Origin: a virus
Lineage: Duplodnaviria; Caudoviricetes
IMG/VR virus record: IMGVR_UViG_2836755666_000005
Span: 21,275-85,274 of that record
Length of the DNA: 64,000 bases
Reading direction: 5' to 3' (one strand)
Each line of letters opens with the position of its first letter. Within the stretch, counting starts at the first letter, position 1. Below are positions 21,924-33,630 of this stretch, in pieces. A program made the position numbers and the translations under genes. Under the pieces are notes generated by a model, which worked only from the letters and a program-made list of their open reading frames with translations, was not told the DNA's origin and searched no databases.

Positions 21924-22439
21924 ATGAGCCTTACTAGATATAAAGAAAACCCATTTATAGAAGGAATGGTTGTTCCTATAAAAGGGAAGAAGATTCAGTT
22001 ATCGAAATTGGGTAAAGATAATAATGTATTGGTTAATCAATACACTGGTGAAATTTATGGTACTCATATTACAACCTTTAAGAAAGTTGACACAGAACAG
22101 TTTGTTAAGCTGTTTACTGCTAATATTGCGTTAACTTTTGGATTAAATTCTGCTGGAATCAAAGCATTTAATGTTCTTATATGGGCTGTTCAATTCAAAG
22201 CTATTGCAAAAGATCAAGTTGATTTAGACAGTATAGCTTTAGAAGATTTTTTAGAAGCTCATAAAGATAATAATCCCTCAATTAAATTAAGTTTAGCAAC
22301 CTTTAAAAGAGGATTAAACGAGTTAGAAAACGCATTAATAATAGCAAAAACTTTGAGACCAGGTCGTTATTTTATAAATCCAAATTTTTGTTTCAATGGA
22401 GATCGTATCGCATTTACAACCTTGATAGAGAAAAAATAA
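21924..22439 (+). CDS. RepL-like small plasmid replication protein (wHTH)
   Basis: VNQYTGEI, VDTEQFVKLF, SLATFKRGLNEL, YFINPNFCFNGDR. Confidence 0.65.
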   Translation: MSLTRYKENPFIEGMVVPIKGKKIQLSKLGKDNNVLVNQYTGEIYGTHITTFKKVDTEQFVKLFTANIALTFGLNSAGIKAFNVLIWAVQFKAIAKDQVDLDSIALEDFLEAHKDNNPSIKLSLATFKRGLNELENALIIAKTLRPGRYFINPNFCFNGDRIAFTTLIEKK

Positions 22440-22450
22440 TTATTTAAACA

Positions 22451-22520
22451 CTCTACGCCAGTGTTTACACCACCGACGTAGAGCTAATCCAAAACCTAAT
22501 GTAACTAGGAGTGGACTATG
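22451..22520 (-). ncRNA. Putative antisense RNA (hairpin 22451-22483)
   Basis: G.U-compatible on the - strand; TTTCAT-17-TACTAT on - strand within the leader ORF start. Confidence 0.5.
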
Positions 22521-22661
22521 CGAAATAGTACGCATATTGCACGCATAATGAAAGCGTGCGGCATATCAATCGAGCAGCTTTTGAGCTTTGCTCACACATC
22601 AAAATATCTCACCAATCGGCAACGTACCCGAATTCTGAATAGAGTTGGGGGTGCTGTATGA
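22518..22661 (+). CDS. 47-aa leader/small protein, R-type (MRNSTHIAR...GGAV)
   Basis: Not in ORF track; RBS ggag; paralogues at 53313 and 54669; ATGA-coupled to the next gene. Confidence 0.6.
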   Translation: MRNSTHIARIMKACGISIEQLLSFAHTSKYLTNRQRTRILNRVGGAV

Positions 22662-23284
22662 AACCAGAGATGATTAAACTTTCATTGAGCGCTAATGTTC
22701 CCTGTGGTTTTAGCAATAGCGAGGGAAAAATTCAGACTGATGCCAAAATGACAGATTTACTTTTTAAGTTAATCCGTACTCCTGAAATGAAAACATTGAT
22801 AGAAAAAGTACAAACTGAAAGATCCCCGTTTTTCGTAATATGCCATTTGCCATCTGATTACAACAAAGCACCCAAAGTTTGGCAATTCCATTTTCTACCG
22901 CTTTTTGATGAACAAAAGGTTTACCTTGGCACTTTCTTTTACGCCCATGAGTTCCTGTTTTTGTCGCCGTTGGAGTATGTCGATGGCATGAGGCCTTATG
23001 CTGTGACTACTGAAAAACCAAATGACATATTAAGCCGTAGAGAGTGGCAAGTATTGTTTTTCACGATGCACCGCTTAAGTAGCAAGCAAATTGCTAGAAA
23101 GTTAGGGATTTTCCCCTCAACGGTTGAATTTTATTTGAAGGCTATCTACGGAAAAGTCAATGTTCATTCTGCTTGCCAGTTAAGAACATTTTGCAAATCG
23201 AAAGGTTTTGAGCGCTATATTCCGGTGAATTTGCTTCCTCGTTCATGCGTTAAGTCTGGTCAACATGTTGGGGGTGCCGCATGA
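22658..23284 (+). CDS. Transcriptional regulator with C-terminal LuxR-type HTH and PAS-like N-terminus
   Basis: [36 protein letters not shown]. Confidence 0.75.
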   Translation: MKPEMIKLSLSANVPCGFSNSEGKIQTDAKMTDLLFKLIRTPEMKTLIEKVQTERSPFFVICHLPSDYNKAPKVWQFHFLPLFDEQKVYLGTFFYAHEFLFLSPLEYVDGMRPYAVTTEKPNDILSRREWQVLFFTMHRLSSKQIARKLGIFPSTVEFYLKAIYGKVNVHSACQLRTFCKSKGFERYIPVNLLPRSCVKSGQHVGGAA

Positions 23285-23517
23285 ACACCGAGATGAAATT
23301 ATTCAGAAGATTGACCAAGCGTGAGAACGAGGTGCTGCATTGGGTAAGTGCGGGTAAAACGTATTGGGAAATCTCTGTAATATTGGGAATCAAGGAAGGC
23401 ACGGTCAAATTCCACATGGGAAACGTGGTGCGGAAGCTGGATGTATGCAGCGCAAAACAAGCGATAAGAGCCAGTGTTGAATTGGAATTTAGCCAAAGCG
23501 TTGGAGGTGCAGCATGA
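23281..23517 (+). CDS. Stand-alone LuxR DNA-binding domain protein
   Basis: [43 protein letters not shown]. Confidence 0.85.
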   Translation: MNTEMKLFRRLTKRENEVLHWVSAGKTYWEISVILGIKEGTVKFHMGNVVRKLDVCSAKQAIRASVELEFSQSVGGAA

Positions 23518-23873
23518 AATATACCTACACCCTCAACGGATTTCGGCGAACCTATCAGGGGCGCCCTGATGTGCGTTTTACCTGTTGTCACTGTGGCAAA
23601 CTTTCCTTAAATCTCGTGAGTTTTTTCTGGCGTGCAAGACTGGATAACCGCCCCTGTGTTTTTCCTGAAGAAGCGTGTATCGAGTTTGTTGAAAAAATTA
23701 ACCGTAAACAATTCAAGCTGCTTTTTTACCATCCTTCGATGATGAAAGCGTGTTCGGGTGCTTGCTGCCACTGCTCTGATAACCAGCGAGAACAAGCATT
23801 ACCCAAAGCCAGAGGCAGCATTTTGCGGAGATTGGAACAACAGGCGAGTAACCGCGTAGAGGGGGCGAAATAA
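23514..23873 (+). CDS. Cys-rich hypothetical phage protein (paralogue 52334..52693)
   Basis: CCHCG and CCHC motifs; translationally coupled. Confidence 0.7.
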   Translation: MKYTYTLNGFRRTYQGRPDVRFTCCHCGKLSLNLVSFFWRARLDNRPCVFPEEACIEFVEKINRKQFKLLFYHPSMMKACSGACCHCSDNQREQALPKARGSILRRLEQQASNRVEGAK

Positions 23874-25192
23874 TGAAATACTTCAAAGCAACCATCATCA
23901 CAACCGTTGACCACGAGAACGGCAAAACAACATCGCATATCTATCTTGCGTCTGAGACGAAAATTGCCGCCAAGAAATTGGCTTCTCAACATATCTTTGA
24001 AACAGATGGCGCAAATTGCTGTTTTTACAAGTCGCCGCGATTGGAAGAAATCAGCGTTGAGGAATACCTCGCTAATACGGAAAAGCAGACGGATATTACC
24101 GAAGAGCAGGAAATAGACCAGTTTTGCGCTTTGCTAACGATTTTTGGGATTCAGGAAGAATACGACGAGGGCGAAATGCGAGATGCGGATGATTTGTTGG
24201 CTAATCCGTCAGAGGAGCCTGAGCTTTTTGAGGAATATACCAAACTGCGTGACGAGGTAACCTCGGAAATAACAGCGAGTGACAAAGCAATCTCACTCAA
24301 TGAAATCAAAAAACTGGCGATTAGCATCGAAGAAGGTGTACAAAAAGAGAGGTTATTCACACAATCAACAGAGTTATCCACTGAATCTGTAGTTATGCCT
24401 GTGGAAAACGTGGGAGAAGTTGAAAAAAGCGTGACAGATGTCGCACTTGATGAATTGGTTAATAATTGCACAGAAGAAAAGGAGTTGATTAACTCGGTCA
24501 TCAACAATATTGACGACAACTCTATCTTCTCTGCCTTCCCACCCGTTAACGGAAAAATCATAAGCGGTGAAGGTATCGCGCTTGAGATGTTGAACGGTTG
24601 TGTTGATGCATTGAAGCCGACAGAGAGCTTGATTGTTCGCCATCTTGCAAACAGCACCTACCATGCGGCAAACGGTTATTCGAGTACGCAAATTCGATTA
24701 GTTCAGAAAAGTGGATTAGGGGCGCTGGACTGGTACAAAAAAGCACCCATTCAAGGAGAAAAAACAAGAGCGTTGTTGATTGGGGATGCGGTACACACGG
24801 CTATCCTTGAGCCGGAACTTTTTCCGTTGAGATATGTTTCTGCGCCTGAACTGGATTTGCGTACCAAAGATGGCAAAAAAATATTATCGGATTTTGAGAA
24901 AAAAAACCTAACTTTGGCAAGGCTTGTTTTGAAAAAAGAAGAATTTGAGGCAATCCAGTTAATGCGTGATTCTGCACTAGCTTACCCATTGGTTGCCGAA
25001 CTGCTTGAAAACGGTGAGCCAGAACTCTCAATTTTCTATCGCACGGAAAAGGGGACGCTGCTTAAAATCCGGCCTGACTGGTTAGGGCTGTATTCCGGCG
25101 TGCCGTTCATCCTCGATGTGAAAACCACTGATGATGTTCATGACTTTGGCAAATCCGTTGACAAGTTTGGCTATCATCTGCAAGCAGCGTTC

Positions 25193-27139
25193 ATGGTTAG
25201 GAAATTGAATCGCTTTTAAAGTGAGTAGCAAAAGCCATCCCTTATTGCAAAAAGGAGATGGGGATCGATTTATTGTGTTTAGTGCCAGTTAACATTTCCT
25301 CAGAGAGTGTAATTTCTAACCTGATTTCCTTATTTTAGACACATTGATCCTGCGTTTAGCTGCGTAACCATCGCTTTTTCTCCAGGTTATGCAGTCTTTC
25401 TGACAACAATTCCGTTGCTTTTTTACCCATTTGCGCCCCGGTGAAAAGCAGCCTGTCGCCACACAGAATACATTTGTACGGATCGGTACGCAGAAATCCT
25501 TTCATCAGCACAGAAAAACCTGGGTTCTCCGGTTTTTTACGTGCCGTCATCTCAAGTGCCTTATACACTTTCGGCAATAGTTTTCCTCGTTTACGATTCG
25601 ACAAAAAACCAGAGTAACGCACCATTTTAAAATGCCTGGCCGGAATATGGCTTATATAGCGTCTAATCATCTCTTCCTGCGGCAGAGTCTGCTGCCGATG
25701 CTGGCCAGTTCGGTGGTCATGGTAGTGATGAACAACGGCACCCCCTCGGTAATGCCGCAGTTTTGACGCAGATACCGGTGGGCGTTTAAGGTAGCGACCG
25801 AGGTACTTAACACTATGCCATGCCCCTTTCGTTTTTTTAGCAAAGTGCACTTTCCAATAACGTCCGTACTGCGCCCTCAAGTAACGCCGCCAATGTTTTT
25901 TGTCACGGATATGGCCAAGACCGGGAAGAAGGCCAGGGTTAATTAAATCATAACTGTGACGCAGTAGTCGGATAACAGCCCCTCGCCAGATTTCTTCGAC
26001 ATCCTTTTTTTTGAAAAACAGCTTTCGCCATACACTATGTTTACTATCCAAACCCCCTCGAGTGACGGAAACATGAACATGCGGATGTTGATTGAGTTGC
26101 CGGCCATAAGTATGCAAGGCACAGAAAATACCAATTTCGATACCCTGTTTGCGAGCCAACTGCAGCATAGCTCGAGTGGCTGCCCGAAACAGAGCATTAA
26201 GTAGCGGCCAGTTATTGTTAAAAAAAGGCCAAAGGAGATGTGGCATGGTGAAAGTAATGTGTTGCCAGTCGCAGTCGGGTAAAATATGAACCTGCTGTGC
26301 TAACCACTGCTCGGTGGCTTTAAAGCCACATGAACTGCAGGCTTTTGACTTACAGCTTTGGCAGAAAAAACGGCTGTGAGAACAATCAGACGAAGCGCAA
26401 CAATAGCGCCGGACACCCATGGCACAAGTGCCGCAGGCAAGCATGCGCTCCACAGATAAACTCGTCCACGAACTAACGCTATCGCCGTATTTTTCGAGGA
26501 ATTTATTCCAACCGTCATCAATGGTGAAAAGTAGTTTAGCAGGACGAGGGATATACATCTGACTCAATTACCTTATGGGCATCTTGCCAAAGAAACAGAA
26601 ATTGCCAGATTCGTCAGCCCAGTTATCGGTGTGTTTATCCCAGGGTTCAAAGGAAACAGGGATTATTCCTAGCTCCGTATAGGTGATGAATTCATCGGCA
26701 GGCAGACTTTCAGTTATTCCCCCCTCAGTGTAGTCGTATCCAGCGTCATCGGCTTGGTCTTGGCGTTGTTTAAAACCCCTGATAATCGTGACTAGCGGCG
26801 GGTAATACTGCGTGTCGAGAAAAAATTGGGGGCCGAGTCGGAGGCAGTGGCGTATGGCTTCTTTTAGGGTGTCATAAAAAAATTCAGGCGGTCTGTCATC
26901 ATCATTTTCGGGTGGGAGAGAGAGCATAAAACGTTTCGGATAAACAGGCGCTGTGGCACGTGAAGTGACGGGCAGCCTGCCTGATTTAACCGGTTTACGC
27001 TTTCTGGGAGATTTATTGCGAGCCATCGAGATGAATCCCTGAAAAAAATTAACCTACTGCAGAGTATAAAACAGTACTTAACTCATTAACATCCCCGAAG
27101 CAGCACCGCTGCGCCGCTCACGCGTAGCGTGCTACGTTC
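25193..27139 (-). mobile_element. Complete IS91 copy (transposase 25356..26567, orf152 26568..27026)
   Basis: 1947 bp, same termini, intact transposase. Confidence 0.92.
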
Positions 27140-27507
27140 AAAACTCCTGATAATCGTGACTAGCGGCGGGTAATACTGCGTGTCGAGAAAAAATTGGGGG
27201 CCGAGTCGGACGCAGTGGCGTATGGCTTCTTTTAGGGTGTCATAAAAAAATTCAGGCGGTCTGTCATCATCATTTTCGGGTGGGAGAGAGATCATAAAAC
27301 GTTTCAGATAAACAGGCGCTGTGGCACGTGAAGTGACGGGCAGCCTGCCTGATTTAACCGGTTTACGCTTTCTGGGAGATTTATTGCGAGCCATCGAGAT
27401 GAATCCCTGAAAAAAATTAACCTACTGCAGAGTATAAAACAGTACTCAACTCATTAACATCCCCGAAGCAGCACCGCTGCGCCGCTCACGCGTAGCGTGC
27501 TACGTTC
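27140..27507 (-). mobile_element. Extra 368-bp terIS-end fragment of IS91
   Basis: terIS through to the internal ttttGAAC of orf152. Confidence 0.85.
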
Positions 27508-27779
27508 TACCGGATTATCGCCCAGAAGGTATTTAATCTTGATATTGATTTTCTGTTCTGTGCAATTGGCAAAAGGCCGGAGTGTGGACGCTATCCCGTG
27601 CAACTGGGTATGTTGGACGAAGAAGATAGCGAAGAAGGCGAGATTCAGGTTAATGGCGTGATTAATGCATTGGAAAAAGGCGGAGAAACGCAAGCCTTTG
27701 CGATGATATCCCGTCCTTTCTGGGCAAAACAGGCGGATAGAAAACGCAGAGAAGCGTTGATGTTGGAAGGAGGTGTGGC

Positions 27780-28922
27780 ATGAATACCGAACTGGAAACC
27801 ATGACCAACGTTTATACCAATCTGCAATCGGTCATTATGCAGCAAGGAATAGCCGCCTTGTTACCTGCTCAGGTTACGCCTGAGCAGTTCACCCGAACCG
27901 CAGCGACTGCACTGATAGAAAATACGGAGTTGCAAAACGCGGATAAGCAATCACTAGTACTGGCTTTAACTCGCTGCGCCAAAGATGGACTGATGCCAGA
28001 CGGACGAGAAGCGGCCTTGATTGTTCGCAAACAAAAAGCCGTCTATATGCCGATGGTGGACGGCGTTATCAAACGCGCCCGTCAATCCGGTCAGGTAGCT
28101 AATATCATTGCAAAAGTGGTTTATGCGCAAGACGAGTTTGAATATGTGATTGATGAGAACGGCGAACACTTAACGCATCGTCCGTCGTTTGTTGACGGTG
28201 ATGAGATAGTGAAAGTCTATGCCTTCGCAAAACTTAATAGTGGTGAACTCGTTGTCGAAGTGATGAGTCGCGCTGACGTGGAAAAAATACGGAATACCGT
28301 GAAAAGCGCAAAAGACCTTTCAAGTCCGTGGGTGAAGTGGTTTGACAGAATGGCGCTTAAAACTGTCATTCATCGCCTCGCTAGACGGCTTCCTTGCGCC
28401 TCTGAGCTATTTTCGATGTTTGAGGTATACGAAGATGCCAATTCAACGGAAAAACCGCTCAGAATGGCTCCTGCTTCGTTTAAACGGCTATCCCTGAGGG
28501 ATGTCATCCGTGAACGTAACGAAAAATTACGCCAAAAAGCAGAAGCAGTGATAGATGTGCCCACAGAGGCACAACGAGTAACCCATCCAAAACTGGAAGC
28601 AGCATTAATCGCCCTCGATGATGCCACCGCCGAAAAAAACCTTGCTGAAATCGTTGAGCATTGTACCCTATTGTCCGCCGAGTTGTCTGAGGACGAAAAG
28701 ATACAACTCAGAGAGAAAATTAAAGCTAGCAAAAAGCGGTTAATTCCAGCCAAAAAAGATAGCGATGTTTGGATGGCAAGACTGGCCAACGGAACAGGCG
28801 ACGCTTGGCGATTTCCAGACGGTGAAATAGTCCACGGGTTTTTTGAGGCTGAGAAAAAAGCCAAAGAAACAGGTGAGGTGCTCGAAGAACGTAAAAAATA
28901 CCGATTTAGCCCGAGTCATTAA
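27780..28922 (+). CDS. recT: RecT-family ssDNA annealing protein with long C-terminal extension
   Basis: CAKDGLMPDGREA, VYAQDEFEY, PWVKWFDRMALKTVIHRL; downstream of recE. Confidence 0.88.
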   Translation: MNTELETMTNVYTNLQSVIMQQGIAALLPAQVTPEQFTRTAATALIENTELQNADKQSLVLALTRCAKDGLMPDGREAALIVRKQKAVYMPMVDGVIKRARQSGQVANIIAKVVYAQDEFEYVIDENGEHLTHRPSFVDGDEIVKVYAFAKLNSGELVVEVMSRADVEKIRNTVKSAKDLSSPWVKWFDRMALKTVIHRLARRLPCASELFSMFEVYEDANSTEKPLRMAPASFKRLSLRDVIRERNEKLRQKAEAVIDVPTEAQRVTHPKLEAALIALDDATAEKNLAEIVEHCTLLSAELSEDEKIQLREKIKASKKRLIPAKKDSDVWMARLANGTGDAWRFPDGEIVHGFFEAEKKAKETGEVLEERKKYRFSPSH

Positions 28923-28935
28923 GTGTAGTGAAAAA

Positions 28936-29319
28936 ATGATTAACAAAAACAACAAATTTATTGAATTGCTTGTTAAGTATTTTTCTATTGGAGTGATAAA
29001 CACTTTAATCCATTGGTTTGTTTTTGTTTTTCTGATTCACTTTTTGAATTTTCAGCAGGCATCCAGTAATTTATTTGCTTTCAGTGTTGCTGTCACGTTT
29101 TCTTTCTTAGCTAATGCAAGATTTACTTTCCGAAAAAAAGCGACGAGGAAAAGATATATTTCTTTTGTCATATTTATGGGAATGATAAGTTATTTTATCG
29201 GTTTTATTGCTGACAGATTTAATTGTGAACCAATTTTTACATTAGTTATTTTTTCGGCTATTAGTTTTGTTTTAGGGTTTTTATATTCAAAATTTGTTGT
29301 ATTCAAGGACATTGAATAA
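28936..29319 (+). CDS. gtrA: GtrA bactoprenol-glucose flippase
   Basis: [41 protein letters not shown]. Confidence 0.92.
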   Translation: MINKNNKFIELLVKYFSIGVINTLIHWFVFVFLIHFLNFQQASSNLFAFSVAVTFSFLANARFTFRKKATRKRYISFVIFMGMISYFIGFIADRFNCEPIFTLVIFSAISFVLGFLYSKFVVFKDIE

Positions 29320-30239
29320 TGAAAATTTCATTAATTGTTCCGGTATTGAATGAAGAGGAAGCTGTACCTATTTTTTATAAAGCGGTGCGGGATTTCAACG
29401 AATTAAAACAGCATGAAGTTGAGATAGTTTTCATCAACGATGGAAGCAAGGACGCAACAGAATCAATTATCAACGCGCTTGCTGTTTCCGATCCGCTCGT
29501 CATACCATTGTCATTTACCCGTAATTTTGGAAAAGAACCTGCACTTTTTGCCGGAATTGAACACGCTACAGGTGATGCGGTAATCCCTATCGATGTGGAC
29601 TTACAAGACCCCATAGAAATTATCCCATTGTTAATAGAAAAATGGCAAAACGGCGCTGATGTAGTGCTTGCAAAAAGAATAGATCGCTCTACTGATAGCT
29701 TGTTAAAACGCAAAACTGCCGAATGGTTTTATAAATTACACAACAAAATAAGTCAGCCAAAAATTGAAGAAAATGTGGGGGATTTTCGTTTGATGTCTCG
29801 TGCTACCGTCGAAAATATAAAACTTTTACCCGAAAGTAATTTATTCATGAAAGGTTTGCTTTCTTGGGTTGGTGGCAATGTAGATATAGTAGAATATACC
29901 CGTTCTGAACGTGTTGCTGGAAAATCAAAATTTAATGGCTGGAAATTGTGGAATCTTGCACTTGAAGGTATAACCAGCTTCTCTACCTTCCCACTCCGTA
30001 TGTGGACATATATAGGTTTATCTGTCGCAACGGTATCATTTATCTACGGGAGTTGGATGATTATAGATAAACTGTTTTTTGGTAATCCTGTTGCGGGTTA
30101 TCCTTCCCTTCTCGTTTCTATTCTGTTTATTGGCGGTATTCAGCTAATTGGTATCGGTGTTCTTGGCGAGTATATCGGAAGAATTTACATTGAAACTAAA
30201 AAAAGACCACGTTATTTGATAGACAAAAATAAAGGATAA
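29319..30239 (+). CDS. gtrB: GtrB bactoprenol glucosyltransferase (GT2)
   Basis: [48 protein letters not shown]. Confidence 0.95.
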   Translation: MKISLIVPVLNEEEAVPIFYKAVRDFNELKQHEVEIVFINDGSKDATESIINALAVSDPLVIPLSFTRNFGKEPALFAGIEHATGDAVIPIDVDLQDPIEIIPLLIEKWQNGADVVLAKRIDRSTDSLLKRKTAEWFYKLHNKISQPKIEENVGDFRLMSRATVENIKLLPESNLFMKGLLSWVGGNVDIVEYTRSERVAGKSKFNGWKLWNLALEGITSFSTFPLRMWTYIGLSVATVSFIYGSWMIIDKLFFGNPVAGYPSLLVSILFIGGIQLIGIGVLGEYIGRIYIETKKRPRYLIDKNKG

Positions 30240-30246
30240 CTAATTG

Positions 30247-31729
30247 ATGACATTTGATAGAAATGCTTTACCAAAAATTGATTTTTTTAAGAAAGATTTG
30301 TATTTATATTTTATATATCTTTTATTTTTTTATTAGTATTATCGCCAACTTATATATTTTCTTATGCTCTTTCTGATGATTGGATTTTGATACAAGCTAT
30401 ATATAATAATTTGACTACTTCTATTATTGATTGGGATGTTAAGTCAGGTAGACCATTGTATGGTTTATTTAAAGTAATAATCACAACATCTTTGAATAAC
30501 TTAGGCGATCTTAGATATACAAGATTTGTATCAGTGCTGGCAATATGGATTTTATGCTGTCTTTTTTACAAAATGATAAGTAATAGGAAAATTTTAGAAA
30601 ATAAATACCAAAAAATATTATTTCCTTTTATACTTTGCTTGCTTCCTTCATTTCAAGTGTACGCATCTTGGGCTATCTGCTCACCGTATGTGCTTTCTAT
30701 CTTATTGTCTTTGTTAAGTTATTGCTGCTTAATTGATTCAAATGGGAATACAAATATTTGTAAATTTTTTATTTCACTTATATTGTTATGTATATCATTT
30801 TCAATATATCAACCAGCTGCAATGTGTTTTTTGTTTTTTGTTTTTTTGATAACTGTGTAAGGGAAAAAGATTTTAATTTAAAAAATCTAATTACTTGTGC
30901 GATTGTTATATCAATAAGTATGTTATTCTCTTTTTTTATATCTAAATTAGTTCCTCAATTTTTATATGATGATTTAATAAATAGAGCAAACTTAACAAGT
31001 GAATTTTTAAAAAAAACACTTTGGTTTTTTCATCAGCCGTTAATGAATTCTATTGCCAACTATAATATAAATCCTAGTTTTTTTTATAAAATTATATCAA
31101 TAATAATTGTTATTATTGGATTGTATTCTATTTATAATAAAAAACATGGAGGTAAAAAACTACTTTTAACATTATTGTTAGCCGTTTCTTCTTATGTGCC
31201 AAATTTAGTTGTTGAAGAAAGTTGGGCTGCTTATCGCTCATTAGTATCTCTAGAATTGATTATGACATCGGTTTTTATTATAGGAATATTTTATATTTCA
31301 GATAAATTTAAAATAAATCATGTTACATATCCAACAATTATTATTTTAGTCATGTTTTTTTCTTTCAAAAATATATTAAAAGGATTTGTTATTCCACAAA
31401 TTTTGGAGTTTAGATTGCTTTATAATGAAATCGCTAAAAATGTCCCACAAGATTTTTCTGGAAATTTACTTTTTAATGTTAAAAACAGTGAAAATAAAAC
31501 TTTTTCAGACATAAGTGACAATACGTTAATTGGTTATGATGAGTTTGGGCAAACATCTATGATAATTCCATTTGCTACTCCAGGAATGGCAGAAGAAATT
31601 AAATCAGAAAGAAAAATGTCTTATAAATATGCAGGAAGTATTACTAATACTGAAAATATTAAATGTGATGAAAACTGCATTATTATAGACGTAACAAAAA
31701 TAATTGAACAAAATAAGAGTCTTAAATAA
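30247..31729 (+). CDS. GtrC/GtrII-like serotype-specific glucosyltransferase (T-run frameshifts)
   Basis: Very AT-rich multi-TM protein; SDDW, GRPLYG, YQP motifs; third gene of the gtr operon. Confidence 0.75.
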
Positions 31730-31745
31730 AAATCCATATTTTGAA

Positions 31746-31783
31746 ATATGTAGGGATCCTTTTCCAAAATGGATCCCATATAC
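31746..31783. terminator. Hairpin between convergent gtrC and tail fibre genes
   Basis: gggatcc..ggatccc inverted repeat. Confidence 0.45.
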
Positions 31784-31789
31784 AAAAAA

Positions 31790-32890
31790 TTAATATTTAA
31801 TCCATCCAATTAACGCTATATTACGTGGGCGATTTTCGTCCGCAGTTGGCACTTCTAAAGATGAGTCGAGCTCATAAGCATCCCATCCTTCGGTTGGGCC
31901 ATTTCCGCGATTGAAATCGGTATCTTCGGTAGTTAATTCTCCATCAATCCCCCATATTCTATCTTTTATGAATCTGACACTGCCGTCAGTGTGTTTTTTA
32001 TTTTTGACTCCACCATTCCATTTTCCAGTTATTTTTCTTATCGCATCACCTTGCTTACTACCAATTTCCCGATTGTCTCCGGCAAAACGAGGGAATTCAT
32101 CACGTAAATCAGGAAGATTGAATGTTGTACTACCATCACCAGCACCGTAATTAGTGCCAATAACCTCGAAAAGTTCATAATATTTTTGTCTGGATACAGC
32201 AACGCCGTTAGCTTTAAGATAACGTCCTTTGGGTTCGCTTTTATGTGCAAGCATGATTATCGTACCAACAGGTACGCCGTTATCACTTATCGCATCCGTC
32301 ACAGCCTTCTGACTCATCACTTCGGTTGTCGAATTACCGATTGTTTGTTTGACATTGGAACTGTTGAGCTTGGTATTAAGTCCTTGGGTTAATTCTGTTT
32401 TGGTGGCGTAATCACCTTTTGCCTGTTTCGTATTTAATGCATCGGTTACCGATTTTTGGCTCATCACTTTATCGGTGGCATTGCCCAATTGCTGCACGAT
32501 ATTGGCAGCCAGAATAGCATCTTTCAGTGATTGCCATTGGGTGGTATCGGTGACTGGATTTCCGGCGTTATTTTCTGTCTTTGAAATGTAAATGTTGCCA
32601 TCAGACAGACACACCGCCCCTTTGTTGTAAATCTGCTTTTCAGCATATTCAGCAATGCCGTTCTGGTAGAGGTGGGTCACAAGGGAGCTAATCGTAAATC
32701 CCACGGCATTAAAATCCTGCATCGTTGGTAATTCTGACACGGGCACAATGCCCCAGCCCCGCGCAAAATCGGCATTGAGATTTTTCTCAAGATTATCGGT
32801 GATTTCTTTTGAACCAAACGCGGTTCGCTCTTCCGTTTTGCTGCTGCCCGCAAACGGTTGAATATCAATGTTGGGTCTGTCAATTTTCAA
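31790..32890 (-). CDS. Tail fibre with collar domain
   Basis: TTG start after aaggag; two VMSQK.VTDA repeats; GAGDGSTTFNLPDLR; ENRPRNIA..IKY. Confidence 0.88.
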   Translation of the reverse strand: MKIDRPNIDIQPFAGSSKTEERTAFGSKEITDNLEKNLNADFARGWGIVPVSELPTMQDFNAVGFTISSLVTHLYQNGIAEYAEKQIYNKGAVCLSDGNIYISKTENNAGNPVTDTTQWQSLKDAILAANIVQQLGNATDKVMSQKSVTDALNTKQAKGDYATKTELTQGLNTKLNSSNVKQTIGNSTTEVMSQKAVTDAISDNGVPVGTIIMLAHKSEPKGRYLKANGVAVSRQKYYELFEVIGTNYGAGDGSTTFNLPDLRDEFPRFAGDNREIGSKQGDAIRKITGKWNGGVKNKKHTDGSVRFIKDRIWGIDGELTTEDTDFNRGNGPTEGWDAYELDSSLEVPTADENRPRNIALIGWIKY

Positions 32891-33630
32891 GGTTATCTCC
32901 TTTTTTGAAGAAAAGTTTTTGGGCGAAGGAGCCAATTCTTGCTTCGGGGTTGGTGTCAAAACGGCTGTACCACGAAATGGCATTTTGGTGTTCGCTAAAT
33001 CCAAACGTGCCTTTGGGTTCTTGCGTGACGTAGTTAATTTGCACGCCTTGCGGACGGGGTAATAAATCAAGCCGTAAGATGAATTCCAGCCACTCTCGGT
33101 CAGCTCTTGGCGTAATAACGATGGTGAGGCTCATATTCTGGTGGTCAATCAAATAGCCTTCGCCTTCCATCGCAAAATTGACGGCCTGTTGCAGTGACGA
33201 CAGGCTCACGTCACCCGTTTGGGTGGCGGTAGCAAGGGCAGTGTTTTTGATGATTTTGAGTTTAATCAGACTACGATATTGCTTGTCAGGTAATTTCAGT
33301 GGCAAAAAAATCCTGTGCAAATCGGGAGCGAAAGCCCCCTTGTTTTTTTCCACTCTTTTGACCAAACGGCAACGCTTTGGCGTGATTTTCAAAGCCAAAA
33401 AAGCCTTTGCGCTCACCGCTTGGCTGGAAGCGACTGACACCTACCCAACTGCCGATGATGTCCAACGGGTCACCTTGCGCCTTTTCGAGATTGAAGGCTT
33501 CCCGAAAGGCATCAACGGTATCAAAGCAATCCGCGAACAGATTAAAAAGGGCGGAAATCTCCGCCCTTGCCTTGGGTTTGGTGTAATACTGCTTGATCAG
33601 CAGTTTTTGATATTCTTCTTCGAGACTCAC
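32880..33630 (-). CDS. Baseplate wedge protein (DUF2612-like), frameshifted
   Basis: LLIKQYYTKPKA, GDPLDIIGSWVGVSR, LLPRPQGV. Confidence 0.7.

Larger units (their letters stand above)
23873..27783 (+). pseudogene. RecE/exonuclease VIII-like PD-(D/E)xK nuclease split by IS91 at a GTTC target
   Basis: YHAANGYSST, GDAVHTAILEP, KIRPD, DVKTT, YHLQAAF; frame resumes YRIIAQKVF at 27508. Confidence 0.85.
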
